NCBI GenBank assembly: GCA_963731075.1
Contig: CAVSUC010000008.1
Location: 506-64,505, forward strand
Reading direction: 5' to 3'
Source: an uncultured Actinomycetota bacterium
GTDB lineage: Bacteria; Actinomycetota; Actinomycetes; Propionibacteriales; Nocardioidaceae
DNA: 64,000 bases
Under the pieces are notes generated by a model. The model did no database searches. It saw only the letters and a program-made list of their open reading frames with translations, and was not told the origin of the DNA. The translations under genes were made by a program, and so were the position numbers. Position 1 is the stretch's first letter; each line of letters begins with the position of its first letter. Shown in pieces: positions 9,776-19,872 of this stretch.

Positions 9776-11263
9776 CTAGAAGATCAGGGCCGTGGCCGGG
9801 TCCTCCATGATGGCGGCGACGTCGGAGAGGAAGCGCGAGCCCTTCTCGCCGTCGACGTGGCGATGGTCGAAGCTGAGCGCGAGCTGCGTGACCTGGCGGA
9901 CCGCGATCTCGTCCCCGTCCTCCGTGGAGACGACCCAGGGCTGCTTGCGGACCGCCCCGAAGCACAGGATGGCGGACTCGCCGGGGTTGATGATCGGGGT
10001 GCCGGCGTCCACGCCGAAGACGCCGACGTTGGTGATCGTGAACGTGCCACCCGACATCTCCGCCGGCTGGGTCCTGCCCTCGCGGGCGGTGGCGGCGAGC
10101 TGGTTCAGCGACCGGGCCAGCTCGAGGAGGGGCAGCCGCTCGGCGTCCTTGACGTTGGGCACGACCAGCCCGCGCGGGGTGGCAGCGGCGATGCCGAGGT
10201 TCACATAGCTCTTGAAGACGATCTCCTGCGCGCGGTCGTCCCACCACGAGTTGATCTCGGGGACGCGGCGCATCGCCAGCATCGCCGCCCGGGCCAGCAC
10301 CAGCAGGGGGGAGACCTTGACGTCGCGGAACTCGCGGCGCTGCTTGAGCCGCTCGACGAACTCCATCGTCCGGGTGACGTCGACGGTCACCCACTCGGTG
10401 ACGTGAGGGGCCGAGAAGGCCGACTCGACCATCGCCTGCCCCATCATCTTCCGGACGCCCTTGACCGGCTCCCGGCGCTCCCGCTCGACGCCGCGTGCGT
10501 CATGCGAATCGTGGCCTTGAGCGCTCGGTTCGTATGACGCACCGCCGCCCGTGCCGCCGCTCGTGCCGGCACCTTGGACGTCCTCGCGGGTGATCGACCC
10601 GGACGGTCCCGTGCCGGTCAGCGAGGCCAGGTCGACGCCGAGGTCCTTGGCCAGCTTGCGCACCGGCGGCTTGGCCAGCACCCGGGTGGCCTCGCCGAGC
10701 GCGGCGGCCGGGACGAACTCGTCGCGCGCCGCGTCCTGCGTCGACACCGACCGGGCGGGTACAGCGGGTTCGTCGGACTCGACCACGTCCTGCGACTGCG
10801 CGCCGCCGGCCGCGAACGCGCCCTGGACCTGCATCTGGGTGGCGGCCGCCGACTCGGTCGACGGCGACGCGGCTCCACGCCGGGGCCGGCGCAGCGGCCC
10901 ACGGTCGGCCTTGTTGCGGCCGACGAGGCTCTCGCCCTCACCTCCACCACTGGCGGCCGGGTTGGAGAGGTCGATCTCGCCGATCTCGGCGGGCGACGCA
11001 GGAGTGGCCGAGGGGGCCGGCGCGGCGGCCGGGTCGCCGATCGAGATGATCGGCGTGCCCACGGCGACGGTCTCGCCCTCGGGGACCAGCAGGGCGGTCA
11101 CCGTGCCGGCGTACGGCGAGGGGAGCTCGACCAGGGACTTGGCGGTCTCGATCTCGACGACGATGTCGTTGATCTCGATGACGTCGCCCTCCTTGACCCG
11201 CCAGGAGACGATCTCGGCCTCGGTGAGGCCCTCGCCGACGTCGGGGAGCAGGTAGTCAGACAC
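9776..11263 (-). CDS. pdhC: Dihydrolipoamide acyltransferase E2 (PdhC/BkdC)
   Basis: LPDVGEGLTEAEI lipoyl domain with ETAKS, AKPPVRKLA E3-binding domain, SFDHRHVDG; AGGAG RBS before GTG. Confidence 0.93.
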   Translation of the reverse strand: MSDYLLPDVGEGLTEAEIVSWRVKEGDVIEINDIVVEIETAKSLVELPSPYAGTVTALLVPEGETVAVGTPIISIGDPAAAPAPSATPASPAEIGEIDLSNPAASGGGEGESLVGRNKADRGPLRRPRRGAASPSTESAAATQMQVQGAFAAGGAQSQDVVESDEPAVPARSVSTQDAARDEFVPAAALGEATRVLAKPPVRKLAKDLGVDLASLTGTGPSGSITREDVQGAGTSGGTGGGASYEPSAQGHDSHDARGVERERREPVKGVRKMMGQAMVESAFSAPHVTEWVTVDVTRTMEFVERLKQRREFRDVKVSPLLVLARAAMLAMRRVPEINSWWDDRAQEIVFKSYVNLGIAAATPRGLVVPNVKDAERLPLLELARSLNQLAATAREGRTQPAEMSGGTFTITNVGVFGVDAGTPIINPGESAILCFGAVRKQPWVVSTEDGDEIAVRQVTQLALSFDHRHVDGEKGSRFLSDVAAIMEDPATALIF

Positions 11264-11277
11264 GTCAGAACTCCTGT

Positions 11278-12285
11278 CTAGAACTCGAGGGACCGGTCGA
11301 CGGCGTCCAGCACCCGGTCGAGGTCGGGCAGGAAGTCCTCCTCGATCCGGGAGGCGGGGTAGGGGGTGTCGAAGCCGCCGACGCGCAGGACCGGTGCCTC
11401 CAGGGAGTAGAAGCACTCCTCCTGGATGCGCGCCGCCACCTCGGAGCCCATGCCGAGGTTGACGTGGGCCTCGTGGGTCACGATGGCGCGGCCGGTCCGG
11501 CGTACGGACTCGAAGACCGGGCCCATGTCGAGCGGGCTCAGCGTGCGCAGGTCGATCACCTCGAGCGAACGGCCCTCGGTGGCGGCCGCCTCCGCGGCCT
11601 TCATCGCGGTCTTCACCATCGGGCCGTAGGCGAGCACGGTGGCGTCGGTCCCCCGGCGTACGACGCGGCTGGTGAACAGCGGCTCCGGCAGCACGGTGTC
11701 GTCGAGGTCGGCCTTGTCGGCGTGGTACTGCCGCTTGGGCTCGAGGAAGATCACCGGGTCGTCGGAGGCGATGGCCTGCTGGATCATCCAGTAGCCGTCG
11801 ACCGGGTTGGAGCAGGCGACCACCTTGAGGCCCGGCGTGTGCGCGAACTGCGCCTCCGGGCTCTCCGAGTGGTGCTCGACCGCGCCGATGCCGCCACCGA
11901 AGGGGATCCGGATGACCATCGGCATCGGGGAGCGACCCTTGGAGCGATAGCTCATCTTGGCGACCTGGCACACGATCTGGTCGTACGCCGGATAGACGAA
12001 CCCGTCGAACTGGATCTCCACCACCGGCCGGTAGCCGCGCAGGGCCAGGCCGACCGCCGTGCCGACGATGCCGGACTCGGCCAGCGGCGAGTCGATGACG
12101 CGGTCCTCGCCGAAGTCCTTCTGCAGGCCGTCGGTGATCCGGAAGACGCCGCCGAGCTTGCCGACGTCCTCACCCATGATCAGGACCTTGGGGTCGTCCT
12201 CCATGGCCTTGCGCAGGCCCATGTTGAGGCCCTTGGCGAGGGTGATCTTCTGCGTCTTTGCGGTGGTTGAGCCTGTCGATGCCAT
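11278..12285 (-). CDS. pdhB: 2-oxoacid dehydrogenase E1 beta (PdhB/BkdB)
   Basis: GEDVGKLGGVFRITDGL, DSPLAESGI, EIQFDGF, EHHSESPE, IDLRTLSPLD. Confidence 0.95.
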   Translation of the reverse strand: MASTGSTTAKTQKITLAKGLNMGLRKAMEDDPKVLIMGEDVGKLGGVFRITDGLQKDFGEDRVIDSPLAESGIVGTAVGLALRGYRPVVEIQFDGFVYPAYDQIVCQVAKMSYRSKGRSPMPMVIRIPFGGGIGAVEHHSESPEAQFAHTPGLKVVACSNPVDGYWMIQQAIASDDPVIFLEPKRQYHADKADLDDTVLPEPLFTSRVVRRGTDATVLAYGPMVKTAMKAAEAAATEGRSLEVIDLRTLSPLDMGPVFESVRRTGRAIVTHEAHVNLGMGSEVAARIQEECFYSLEAPVLRVGGFDTPYPASRIEEDFLPDLDRVLDAVDRSLEF

Positions 12286-13430
12286 CAGCGTGCCCCCTCG
12301 AACGTGTCGAGATAGGCGGCGTAGCCCTCCCGCTGCTGGCGGAGCTCGTCGGTCTCCTCGGCGTAGACGTGGTCGAACATGTCCAGCGGCTTCGGGTCGG
12401 GCATCGCCTTGCAGCCCTCGCGCAGTGTGTGGCCGAGCTCGTCGGCCTCGGACTGGATCGCGTCGAGGAAGTCCTCGTCGGCGAGGCCGTTGCGCCGCAG
12501 GTAGACCTTCACCCGCTCGATCGGGTCCTTGAGCTTCCAGCGCTCGACGTCGTCGGAGAGCCGGTAGCGGGTCGGGTCGTCGGTGGTCGTGTGCGCACCC
12601 ATCCGGTAGGTGTAGGCCTCGACGAGGGTCGGCCCGCTGCCCTCCCGGGCCCGTTGCAGCGCGGCCTGCGTGACGGCGTACGTCGCGAGGACGTCGTTGC
12701 CGTCGACGCGTACGCCGGGGAAGCCGAACCCGAGCGCCCGCTGGTAGAGCGGGATCCGCGACTGGCGCTCGATCGGCTCGGAGATCGCCCACTGGTTGTT
12801 CTGGCAGAAGAAGACGACCGGGGCGTTGTAGGAGGCGGCGAAGATGAACGCCTCGTTGACGTCGCCCTGGCTGCTCGCCCCGTCGCCGAAGTGCGCGATC
12901 ACCGCGGCGTCCCGCTCAGGCTCCCCCGTCCCGACGGCGCCGTCGCGCTGGATGCCCATCGCGTAGCCGGTCGCGTGCAGCGCCTGGGCGCCGATCACGA
13001 TCGTGTAGAGACCGAAGTTCTTCTCCTTCGGGTCCCACGCGCCGTGGTCGACACCGCGGAAGAGACCGAGCAGGTCGAGCGGGTCGACGCCCTTGCACCA
13101 GGCGACGCCGTGCTCGCGGTAGGTCGGGAAGACGTAGTCCTGAGGACGCAGGGCGCGGCCGGCGCCGATCTGGGCGGCCTCCTGCCCCAGCAGCTGGGCC
13201 CAGATGCCGAGCTCGCCGTGACGCTGGAGCGCGGTGGCCTCGGTGTCGATGCGCCGGGTGAGCACCATGTCGCGGTAGAAGCCGCGGAGCTGCTCGGCGC
13301 TGAAGTCCATGTCGAACTCGTCGTGGTGGACGCGCTCTCCCTCGGGGGTGAGCAGCTGGACGAGGTCGGGGCCGCCGTCGGCCTGCGACGGGCCGAAGAC
13401 CTCCACGAGGTCGGGACCGAATTCGCGCAT
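12285..13430 (-). CDS. pdhA: 2-oxoacid dehydrogenase E1 alpha (PdhA/BkdA)
   Basis: GQEAAQ, PTYREHG, FGDGASSQGDVNE...NNQWAIS TPP motif, YRMGAHTTTDDPTRYR. Confidence 0.95.
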   Translation of the reverse strand: MREFGPDLVEVFGPSQADGGPDLVQLLTPEGERVHHDEFDMDFSAEQLRGFYRDMVLTRRIDTEATALQRHGELGIWAQLLGQEAAQIGAGRALRPQDYVFPTYREHGVAWCKGVDPLDLLGLFRGVDHGAWDPKEKNFGLYTIVIGAQALHATGYAMGIQRDGAVGTGEPERDAAVIAHFGDGASSQGDVNEAFIFAASYNAPVVFFCQNNQWAISEPIERQSRIPLYQRALGFGFPGVRVDGNDVLATYAVTQAALQRAREGSGPTLVEAYTYRMGAHTTTDDPTRYRLSDDVERWKLKDPIERVKVYLRRNGLADEDFLDAIQSEADELGHTLREGCKAMPDPKPLDMFDHVYAEETDELRQQREGYAAYLDTFEGAR

Positions 13431-13616
13431 TGATACTCCCTGTGTCCGGGCGAGTGCGGGGTCTCCGCGTTTCGCGTGGCATGCACCGGACCGGTGGCCG
13501 CAGGGGTGGCGCGGCCGGGGCGACCCGGTGGTCGAGACGGGCCTGTGACGTGCAACACAGGACTCCCGGCAAAAGGTAGCGGACGACCCCGGTGCGCGCC
13601 CAATCAACGCGAGTTC

Positions 13617-14519
13617 TCAGGCCGGCTCGAACGCTTCGGGACGCGCGCTCCGGGTGGCAGCCGCCACGCCCACGACGGTGATCACGAGCCCCGCGATCTC
13701 ACGGGCGTCCAGCGTCTCCCCCAGCAGCACCCAGGCGAGGACGGCGGTGACCGGGGGCATCAGGAAGAAGATGCTCGCCGCCGCCCCGGCACCACGGGCC
13801 CGCACCAGGATGCCGAGGAGCCCCAGCCCGAGGATCGAGTTCACGACCGCCAGGTAGACCAGGGCGATCCCCGCCGCGGCGGGGTCGCGCACGACATCGG
13901 TGCCCTCGACCACCAGGGCGAGCACGAGGAGCGGTGGGGCCGCGACGGCGAACTGGATCGTCCCGGACCACAAGGGGTCGGGGGCGTGGCCGATCCAGCG
14001 CTGTCCGAGCGTGCCGATGCTGAGCCCGAGCACGCTGACCACGCCGCAGGCCAGGCCCACCACGCCACCGGCCTCCTGCACGTCGGGACCGAGGACCAGC
14101 AGCACGCCCCCGACCCCGATCACGAAGCCGAGCACTTGCAGGCGGGTGAGCCGTTCCCCGAGGAACACCGCGGCGAGCAGGGCGGTCAGCACCGGGCTGA
14201 GCGAGTGCATCAAGGAGGCGAGGGTCGCCCCCAGACCCGCGTCGAAGGCGAGGTACATCGCCCCGAACTGCACGCCGTTGAGCACGAACCCGGAGAGCCC
14301 GATCCGGACGGCGTCGGTCCGGGTGACGCGCAGCGGTCCTCGCAGCGCGCGGGCCAGGCACCACGCGACCAGGGCGGCGAGCACGAACCGCACCGCCACC
14401 AGCATCAGTGGCGACATCGCCTCGACGCCGTAGGGCCCGGCGATGTAGCCCGAGGACCACACCACGACGAAGGCCGCCGCCGGGGCCAGGGGCAGGTGGC
14501 GCGTCGGCGTCGCACCCAT
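13617..14519 (-). CDS. DMT/EamA family transporter
   Basis: About 10 TM; FVVVWSSGYI, FLGERL, FFLMPPVTAVLAWVLLGE. Confidence 0.9.
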   Translation of the reverse strand: MGATPTRHLPLAPAAAFVVVWSSGYIAGPYGVEAMSPLMLVAVRFVLAALVAWCLARALRGPLRVTRTDAVRIGLSGFVLNGVQFGAMYLAFDAGLGATLASLMHSLSPVLTALLAAVFLGERLTRLQVLGFVIGVGGVLLVLGPDVQEAGGVVGLACGVVSVLGLSIGTLGQRWIGHAPDPLWSGTIQFAVAAPPLLVLALVVEGTDVVRDPAAAGIALVYLAVVNSILGLGLLGILVRARGAGAAASIFFLMPPVTAVLAWVLLGETLDAREIAGLVITVVGVAAATRSARPEAFEPA

Positions 14520-14605
14520 GGCCCGGCTCCTCTCGCGACGCTGGGCCCACCGAGGGCCCGGCTCGCACGCTAACCGACGACCAGCGGTCTGCTTGACTCG
14601 GCGCC

Positions 14606-15088
14606 ATGAGCCAGCCAACGCCGCCCGCGACCGGACCGCGGGTGATCTCCGAGTCGATCGACATCGCTGCCCCGCCCGAGGTCGTCTTCGCGATCCTCGC
14701 GGACCCGCGGCAGCAGAGCCGGATCGACGGTTCCGGATCGGTGAGGGCCCTGATCAAGGGACCCGAGCGACTGAGCAAGGGCGCCACCTTCGGCGTCGAC
14801 ATGTTGCTGTTCGGGCTGCCCTACAAGATCCGCAACACCGTCGTGGAGTTCGACGAGGGCCGCCGGGTCGCGTGGCGACACTTCGGCGGTCACCGCTGGC
14901 GCTACGTCCTCGAGCCGACCGGGGAGGGCACCCGGGTCACCGAGTCGTTCGACTACAGCATGTACGCCCTGCCGCAACGTCTCCTGATCGAGCTCGCCGG
15001 GTTCCCCGCCCGCAACCGGGCCGGGATCGCCGGCACCCTGGTCAAGCTCAAGGAAGCCGCCGAGGCGGACTCCAGGAAGGTGGCGTGA
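14606..15088 (+). CDS. SRPBCC family protein
   Basis: SIDIAAPPEVVFAILADP, WRYVLEPTGEGTRVTESFD. Confidence 0.85.
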   Translation: MSQPTPPATGPRVISESIDIAAPPEVVFAILADPRQQSRIDGSGSVRALIKGPERLSKGATFGVDMLLFGLPYKIRNTVVEFDEGRRVAWRHFGGHRWRYVLEPTGEGTRVTESFDYSMYALPQRLLIELAGFPARNRAGIAGTLVKLKEAAEADSRKVA

Positions 15089-15300
15089 TGAGCATCCGCA
15101 AGGGCTCCGAGGTCACGTGGTCGTGGGGCTCCTCGACCGCCTCCGGCACGGTCACCGAGGTCCACCACGAGAAGCTCACGCGCACCACGAAGGGCAGCGA
15201 GATCACCCGGAACGGCAGCGACGACGACCCGGCGTACGTCATCGAGCAGGACGACGGCACCACCGTCCTCAAGCTGCGCAGCGAGGTCGAGCAGGCCTGA
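15088..15300 (+). CDS. DUF2945 (Tudor-like) small protein
   Basis: TGATG overlap; KGSEVTWSWG, ITRNGSDDDPAYVIEQDDG. Confidence 0.8.
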   Translation: MSIRKGSEVTWSWGSSTASGTVTEVHHEKLTRTTKGSEITRNGSDDDPAYVIEQDDGTTVLKLRSEVEQA

Positions 15301-17010
15301 CTAGGTGTCCCGGTCGCCCTCGGGATCGGGCTCCTCACCCTCCGGGTGCTCGCGGCTGACGGTCCTGCCCGTCGCGGGGTCGACGGCCTCGAGGCCGGGC
15401 GGCAGGTTGGACAGGTCTGGGGAGATCACGGTCATCTCACGGCTGTCCGGGAGGCGTACGCCGAGCGGACGGTCGCCGCCACCGACCAGGATCAGGTCGC
15501 CCGAGTGGGCCTTGGGCAGCGTCTCGCCGCGGAAGTACTCCGGGGCGATGGCCTGGTAGACGAACATCAGGACCACGCCCAGCAGGAGCGACCCGACGCC
15601 GATGATGAACACGCCACCGACGCTGCCGATGCTCGTGAACCCGTAGTCGGGGTCGGCATAGGTCTTGCAGGCGATGAGGAAGAAGGTGAGCAGCAGCAGC
15701 CCGCCGAGCAGCGGCAGCAGGCCCTGCATGACGATGTTGCGCGGCCGGCCCCACATCGTCTTCCGGTAGAACCACACGCAGGCGAACCCGGTGAGGCCGT
15801 AGTAGAAGGCGATCATGAGCCCCACCGCCGCGATGGTGTCGGCGAGGATGTTCTCGCTGACCAGCGTCAGCCCGACGTAGAAGACGATCGAGACGGCGCC
15901 CATCCAGATGGTCGAGTCGCTCGGGGTCAGGTACTTCGGGTGGATCCGCGCGAACCGGCCGGGGATCGCCTTGAAGGCGGCCATCGACAGGCTCGTCCTC
16001 GCCGTCGGCAGGATCGTCGTCTGGGTCGAGGCCGACGCCGAGGTCAGCACGCAGACGGCCAGCAGGTGCACCATGACCCAGCCCACGAACCCACCGCCGA
16101 ACACCTCGTGCCCCATGGCCGCGAAGACGTCGTCGGCGTTGTCCTCGTTGCCGAGCCCGATGCCCTTGGCGCCCACCCCGGCGAACGCGATGGTGGCCAC
16201 GGAGACCAGCGCGTAGGTGATCAGCAGGAGCACGGTCGAGATCACCGCGGCGCGTCCGGGCGTGGTCGCCGGATCGTCGGACTCCTCGTTGGTGGCCACG
16301 GCCGTGTCCCAGCCCCAGTAGATGAACACCGCGATCAGCGTCGCGCTCACGATCGCGGTGAGGCTCATCCCGCTCGGGTTGAGCCAGTCGAGCGAGGGCC
16401 TGATGCCGGCCGGGGCGTCCCCGAAGTAGACCTTGGCGAGCGCGAACAGCGCGAACGCGACCAGCGTCGCGACCTCGACCCCGAGCAGGGCGTACTGCAG
16501 CCGCACCGAGACCTCGATGCCGCGGTAGCAGATGTAGGTCATGATCGCGATCCAGATGATGCCTGCGACCGTGCTCCAGAACGTGCTCGCCGCGAGGCTG
16601 TCGGCGCCGAACAGGCTGAACGAGTAGGACCCGGCGATCTGGGAGAGGTTGGCCATCACGATCACGTCGGCGGCGATGATGCCCCAGCCGCCGAGCCACC
16701 CGGTCTTGGTGCCGAACGCGCGGGCGGCCCAGGTGAAGGTGGTGCCGCAGTCGGGCTCGGCCTTGTTGAGCTCGGAGTAGGCGACGGCGATGAAGTACAT
16801 CGGGATGAAGGCCAGCACCATGATGAGCGGCGCCTTGACGCCGATGATCCCGTCGCCGTTCTGCACGATGACGACGTAGCCGAGGCTGGCGGCCAGGCTG
16901 TACGCCGGGGCGGTGGACGCGATGCCCACCACGATGCTGCCGACGAGGCCGATCGCGCCGGCCCGCAGGCCCTTGCTCTCCCGCTCGTGCTCCTGGTCCG
17001 TGCTGGTCAT
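15301..17010 (-). CDS. APC family amino-acid permease
   Basis: About 12 TM; GIASTAPAYS, YWGWDTAVATNEE, FARIHPKYLTP. Confidence 0.92.
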   Translation of the reverse strand: MTSTDQEHERESKGLRAGAIGLVGSIVVGIASTAPAYSLAASLGYVVIVQNGDGIIGVKAPLIMVLAFIPMYFIAVAYSELNKAEPDCGTTFTWAARAFGTKTGWLGGWGIIAADVIVMANLSQIAGSYSFSLFGADSLAASTFWSTVAGIIWIAIMTYICYRGIEVSVRLQYALLGVEVATLVAFALFALAKVYFGDAPAGIRPSLDWLNPSGMSLTAIVSATLIAVFIYWGWDTAVATNEESDDPATTPGRAAVISTVLLLITYALVSVATIAFAGVGAKGIGLGNEDNADDVFAAMGHEVFGGGFVGWVMVHLLAVCVLTSASASTQTTILPTARTSLSMAAFKAIPGRFARIHPKYLTPSDSTIWMGAVSIVFYVGLTLVSENILADTIAAVGLMIAFYYGLTGFACVWFYRKTMWGRPRNIVMQGLLPLLGGLLLLTFFLIACKTYADPDYGFTSIGSVGGVFIIGVGSLLLGVVLMFVYQAIAPEYFRGETLPKAHSGDLILVGGGDRPLGVRLPDSREMTVISPDLSNLPPGLEAVDPATGRTVSREHPEGEEPDPEGDRDT

Positions 17011-17118
17011 GCGAGCCTCCCGGTCGTCAAGCCCGAGACCGTGTCAGCCGAGCCTAGGACCGACATGACCCGAGTGCGAGCATGCGGGGCCGGTCGATCC
17101 TTGGTCGTGGTGCGGGAC

Positions 17119-17997
17119 TCAGGGGGCGGTGACGAGACGCTGCAGCAGCGTCGCGAGGCGCTTCTGCCGCGTCCGGGACAGGTCGCCGAGCAGGGTGCCC
17201 GTCATCGCGTCGGCCAGCCTTGACGCCTCGAGGAGGACGTCGTGGACCTCGGGCTGCACGTGCAGGATCTGGGTCCGGCGGTCGGAGGCGAGCCGGCGCC
17301 GCTCGAGCAGGCCTCGCTGCTCCAGGTCGTCGACGATCTGCACCATGCTGGCACCGCTCACCCCCATGTGACGGGCGAGCTCGGCCTGGGAGACCGGCCC
17401 CATCGCCTCCAGCGCAGTCAACGCGCCGAAGTCGCGGGGCTCGATCCGCAACGGCTCGAGCGCGACCATGAACTCCCGGTGCATGCGGGTGTGCACGCGG
17501 GTGATCAGGAAGCCGATGCTCTCGCGCAGGGGCTCGGGCACGTCGGGGGCGAGGTCGACCTCGGCGACCCGCAGCAGCAGCGCGCGCAGCTCCTCACGCT
17601 CCTCGAGGGTGAAGCCCCCGGTGATGGAGTCCTCGAGGTCCTCGGCGTGCCGTCGCCAGCGCCGCGCGGCCGCCGCGCCCTGGGGTGTCCGGGTGAGCGC
17701 GTAGGACCGGCGGTCGAGCGGGTTGCGGACCCGCTGAACCAGCCCCTGCTCGGAGAGGTCGGAGGCGACACGCACCATGGTCGTCCGGCTGACGCTCACC
17801 GTCTCGGCGAGCGACTGCTGCGAACGGGTGGCCCCACCGGACAGGGCGAGGAGCACGGCGTACGCGTGGATGTCGACACCCGCGGGCAGGACCTCGCCCA
17901 GGGCCGTCGCGACCCGTGCCTGGGCCCGCCAGAACAGGTGTCCCGGCAGGGCGGCCAGCGCCGGGAGCAGCTCGCGGCTGTCGCTGGCTTCACCCAC
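17119..17997 (-). CDS. Tandem (double) MarR-domain regulator
   Basis: Two wHTH repeats: SQQSLA...VQRVRNPLDRRS and SQAELA...LERRRLASDRRT. Confidence 0.85.
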   Translation of the reverse strand: MGEASDSRELLPALAALPGHLFWRAQARVATALGEVLPAGVDIHAYAVLLALSGGATRSQQSLAETVSVSRTTMVRVASDLSEQGLVQRVRNPLDRRSYALTRTPQGAAAARRWRRHAEDLEDSITGGFTLEEREELRALLLRVAEVDLAPDVPEPLRESIGFLITRVHTRMHREFMVALEPLRIEPRDFGALTALEAMGPVSQAELARHMGVSGASMVQIVDDLEQRGLLERRRLASDRRTQILHVQPEVHDVLLEASRLADAMTGTLLGDLSRTRQKRLATLLQRLVTAP

Positions 17998-18013
17998 TGT
18001 TCATCCCTCCAGA

Positions 18014-18087
18014 AATCATTAGCCGCTTGACGGTTTCCGAGCGCTGGGCGTATCGTACCGAACATAATCGTTAAGTAGTTGATGATT
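18014..18087 (+). promoter_or_regulatory. SigA-type promoter with two MarR-type 9-4-9 palindromic operators
   Basis: TTGACG(18027)-N18-TATCGT(18051); AATCATTAG-N4-TTGACGGTT (18014-18035) and AATCGTTAA-N4-TTGATGATT (18066-18087). Confidence 0.65.
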
Positions 18088-18116
18088 GTGACGATCGACG
18101 AGCGAGGGAACTTCCC

Positions 18117-19868
18117 ATGACACAGACCACCGACACCGCAGCAGGGCGCCCGACCGAGACCGCGGCACGCGACCCCAAGTGGTGGACGCTGGTCGCGGTC
18201 TGCACCGGCGTGTTCATGCTGCTGCTCGACATCACGATCGTGAACGTCGCACTACCGGACATCCAGACCGAGCTCGACGCCAGCCTGTCCGACCTGCAGT
18301 GGGTGATCGACGCCTACGCCCTGAGCCTGGCCGCGCTGCTGCTCACGGCCGGCTCGCTCGCGGACCTCTACGGCCGGCGGCGGGTGTTCGTCATCGGGGT
18401 CGTGCTCTTCACCCTCGGCTCCATCGCCTGCGGATCCGCGCAGGACATCCTGCTCCTCACCGTCTCGCGGGCCTTCCAGGGCATCGGCGGCGCGGCGATG
18501 TTCGCGACCGCCCTCGCCCTGCTCGCCAGCGCCTTCCACGGCAAGGACCGCGGCACCGCGTTCGGCGTCTTCGGCGCGACGACCGGGGTCGCCGTCGCGA
18601 TCGGCCCGGTGCTCGGCGGTGTGCTGACCAGTGGCCTGTCGTGGCGGTGGATCTTCTTCGTCAACATTCCCATCTGCCTCGTCGCCATCGCGGTGGCCCT
18701 GATGAAGGTCGAGGAGTCGCGGGACCCCCGGGCCGGTCGCCCCGACTGGTTCGGCTTCGTGTCGTTCTCGCTCTCGCTCGGCGCTCTCGTCTACGGCCTG
18801 ATCGAGGCCGGCCAGAAGAGCTGGAGCGACGGCACCGTGGTGATCTCGCTCGTCGCAGCCGCCGCGCTGATGCTCGTGTTCGTGGTCAGCCAGCTGGTGC
18901 AGGACCAGCCGATGTTCGACCTGGGGCTGCTGCGCAAGCCGACCTTCACCGGTGGCCTGATCGCCGCGTTCGGCGTCTCGGCGTCGATCTTCTCGCTGCT
19001 CACGTTCCTGGTGATCTACGTGCAGAACGTGCTCGACTACTCCGCCGTCGAGACGGGCGTCCGCTTCCTGTTCCTCTCCGGCGCCTCCTTCTTCGCCGCC
19101 GCCCTGGCCGGACGGCTCACCGAGAAGGTGCCCGTCAAGTGGCTGATCGCACCGGGGTTCCTGATCCTCGGGGTCGGCCTCGTGCTCCTCCTCGGCATCC
19201 AGACCGACTCGTCCTGGACCCACCTCATCCCGGGCCTGACGGTGGCGGGCGTCGGGATCGGGATGATCAACCCGCCCCTGGCCTCGACGGCCGTCGGGGT
19301 GGTCCCCGTGGAGCGATCCGGCATGGCCAGCGGCGTGAACTCGACGTTCCGCCAGGTCGGGATCGCCACCGGCATCGCCGCCCTGGGCTCCATCTTCAGC
19401 CAGCAGGTGGCCGACGCCGTGCGCCCGGACCTCGTGGGCAAGGTCCCGGCCTCCGCCCTCGACGGGCTCACCGGCGCCCTGTCCGGCGGCCAGGTGCACG
19501 CAGCGGCCGCGGGGGCGCAGCAAGCGGCCGCGGCCTCCGGTGGCCCGTCGGCCGGTCGTCAGGCCTTCGACCTCGTCAACGGGGTCGGCACCTCAGGGGT
19601 CGTCGACGCGCTCAACCACATCGTGCTGATCGCGGCCGTGATCGCCTTCGCCGCGGGCGTGCTGTGCCTGTTCCTGATCCGGCAGCAGGACTTCGTGGTC
19701 CGGGGCGGACCGCCGCCCCAGGCCTCCGCGTCGAGGGAGCCCACCGAGAAGACCGGGGCGACCATGCCGGCTGGGGCGTCTGCCGGCGAGCACGTCGGCG
19801 AGCCGGTGGCCGAGGAGGCGACCCTCCCCGCGGGAGGCGCGCACGCGTCCCGGACGCACCGCGCCTGA
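18117..19868 (+). CDS. MFS DHA2 (EmrB/QacA) efflux transporter
   Basis: LDITIVNVALPDI, GSLADLYGRRR, IGPVLGGVL, SWRWIFFVNIPI; about 14 TM. Confidence 0.93.
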   Translation: MTQTTDTAAGRPTETAARDPKWWTLVAVCTGVFMLLLDITIVNVALPDIQTELDASLSDLQWVIDAYALSLAALLLTAGSLADLYGRRRVFVIGVVLFTLGSIACGSAQDILLLTVSRAFQGIGGAAMFATALALLASAFHGKDRGTAFGVFGATTGVAVAIGPVLGGVLTSGLSWRWIFFVNIPICLVAIAVALMKVEESRDPRAGRPDWFGFVSFSLSLGALVYGLIEAGQKSWSDGTVVISLVAAAALMLVFVVSQLVQDQPMFDLGLLRKPTFTGGLIAAFGVSASIFSLLTFLVIYVQNVLDYSAVETGVRFLFLSGASFFAAALAGRLTEKVPVKWLIAPGFLILGVGLVLLLGIQTDSSWTHLIPGLTVAGVGIGMINPPLASTAVGVVPVERSGMASGVNSTFRQVGIATGIAALGSIFSQQVADAVRPDLVGKVPASALDGLTGALSGGQVHAAAAGAQQAAAASGGPSAGRQAFDLVNGVGTSGVVDALNHIVLIAAVIAFAAGVLCLFLIRQQDFVVRGGPPPQASASREPTEKTGATMPAGASAGEHVGEPVAEEATLPAGGAHASRTHRA

Positions 19869-19872
19869 GGCG

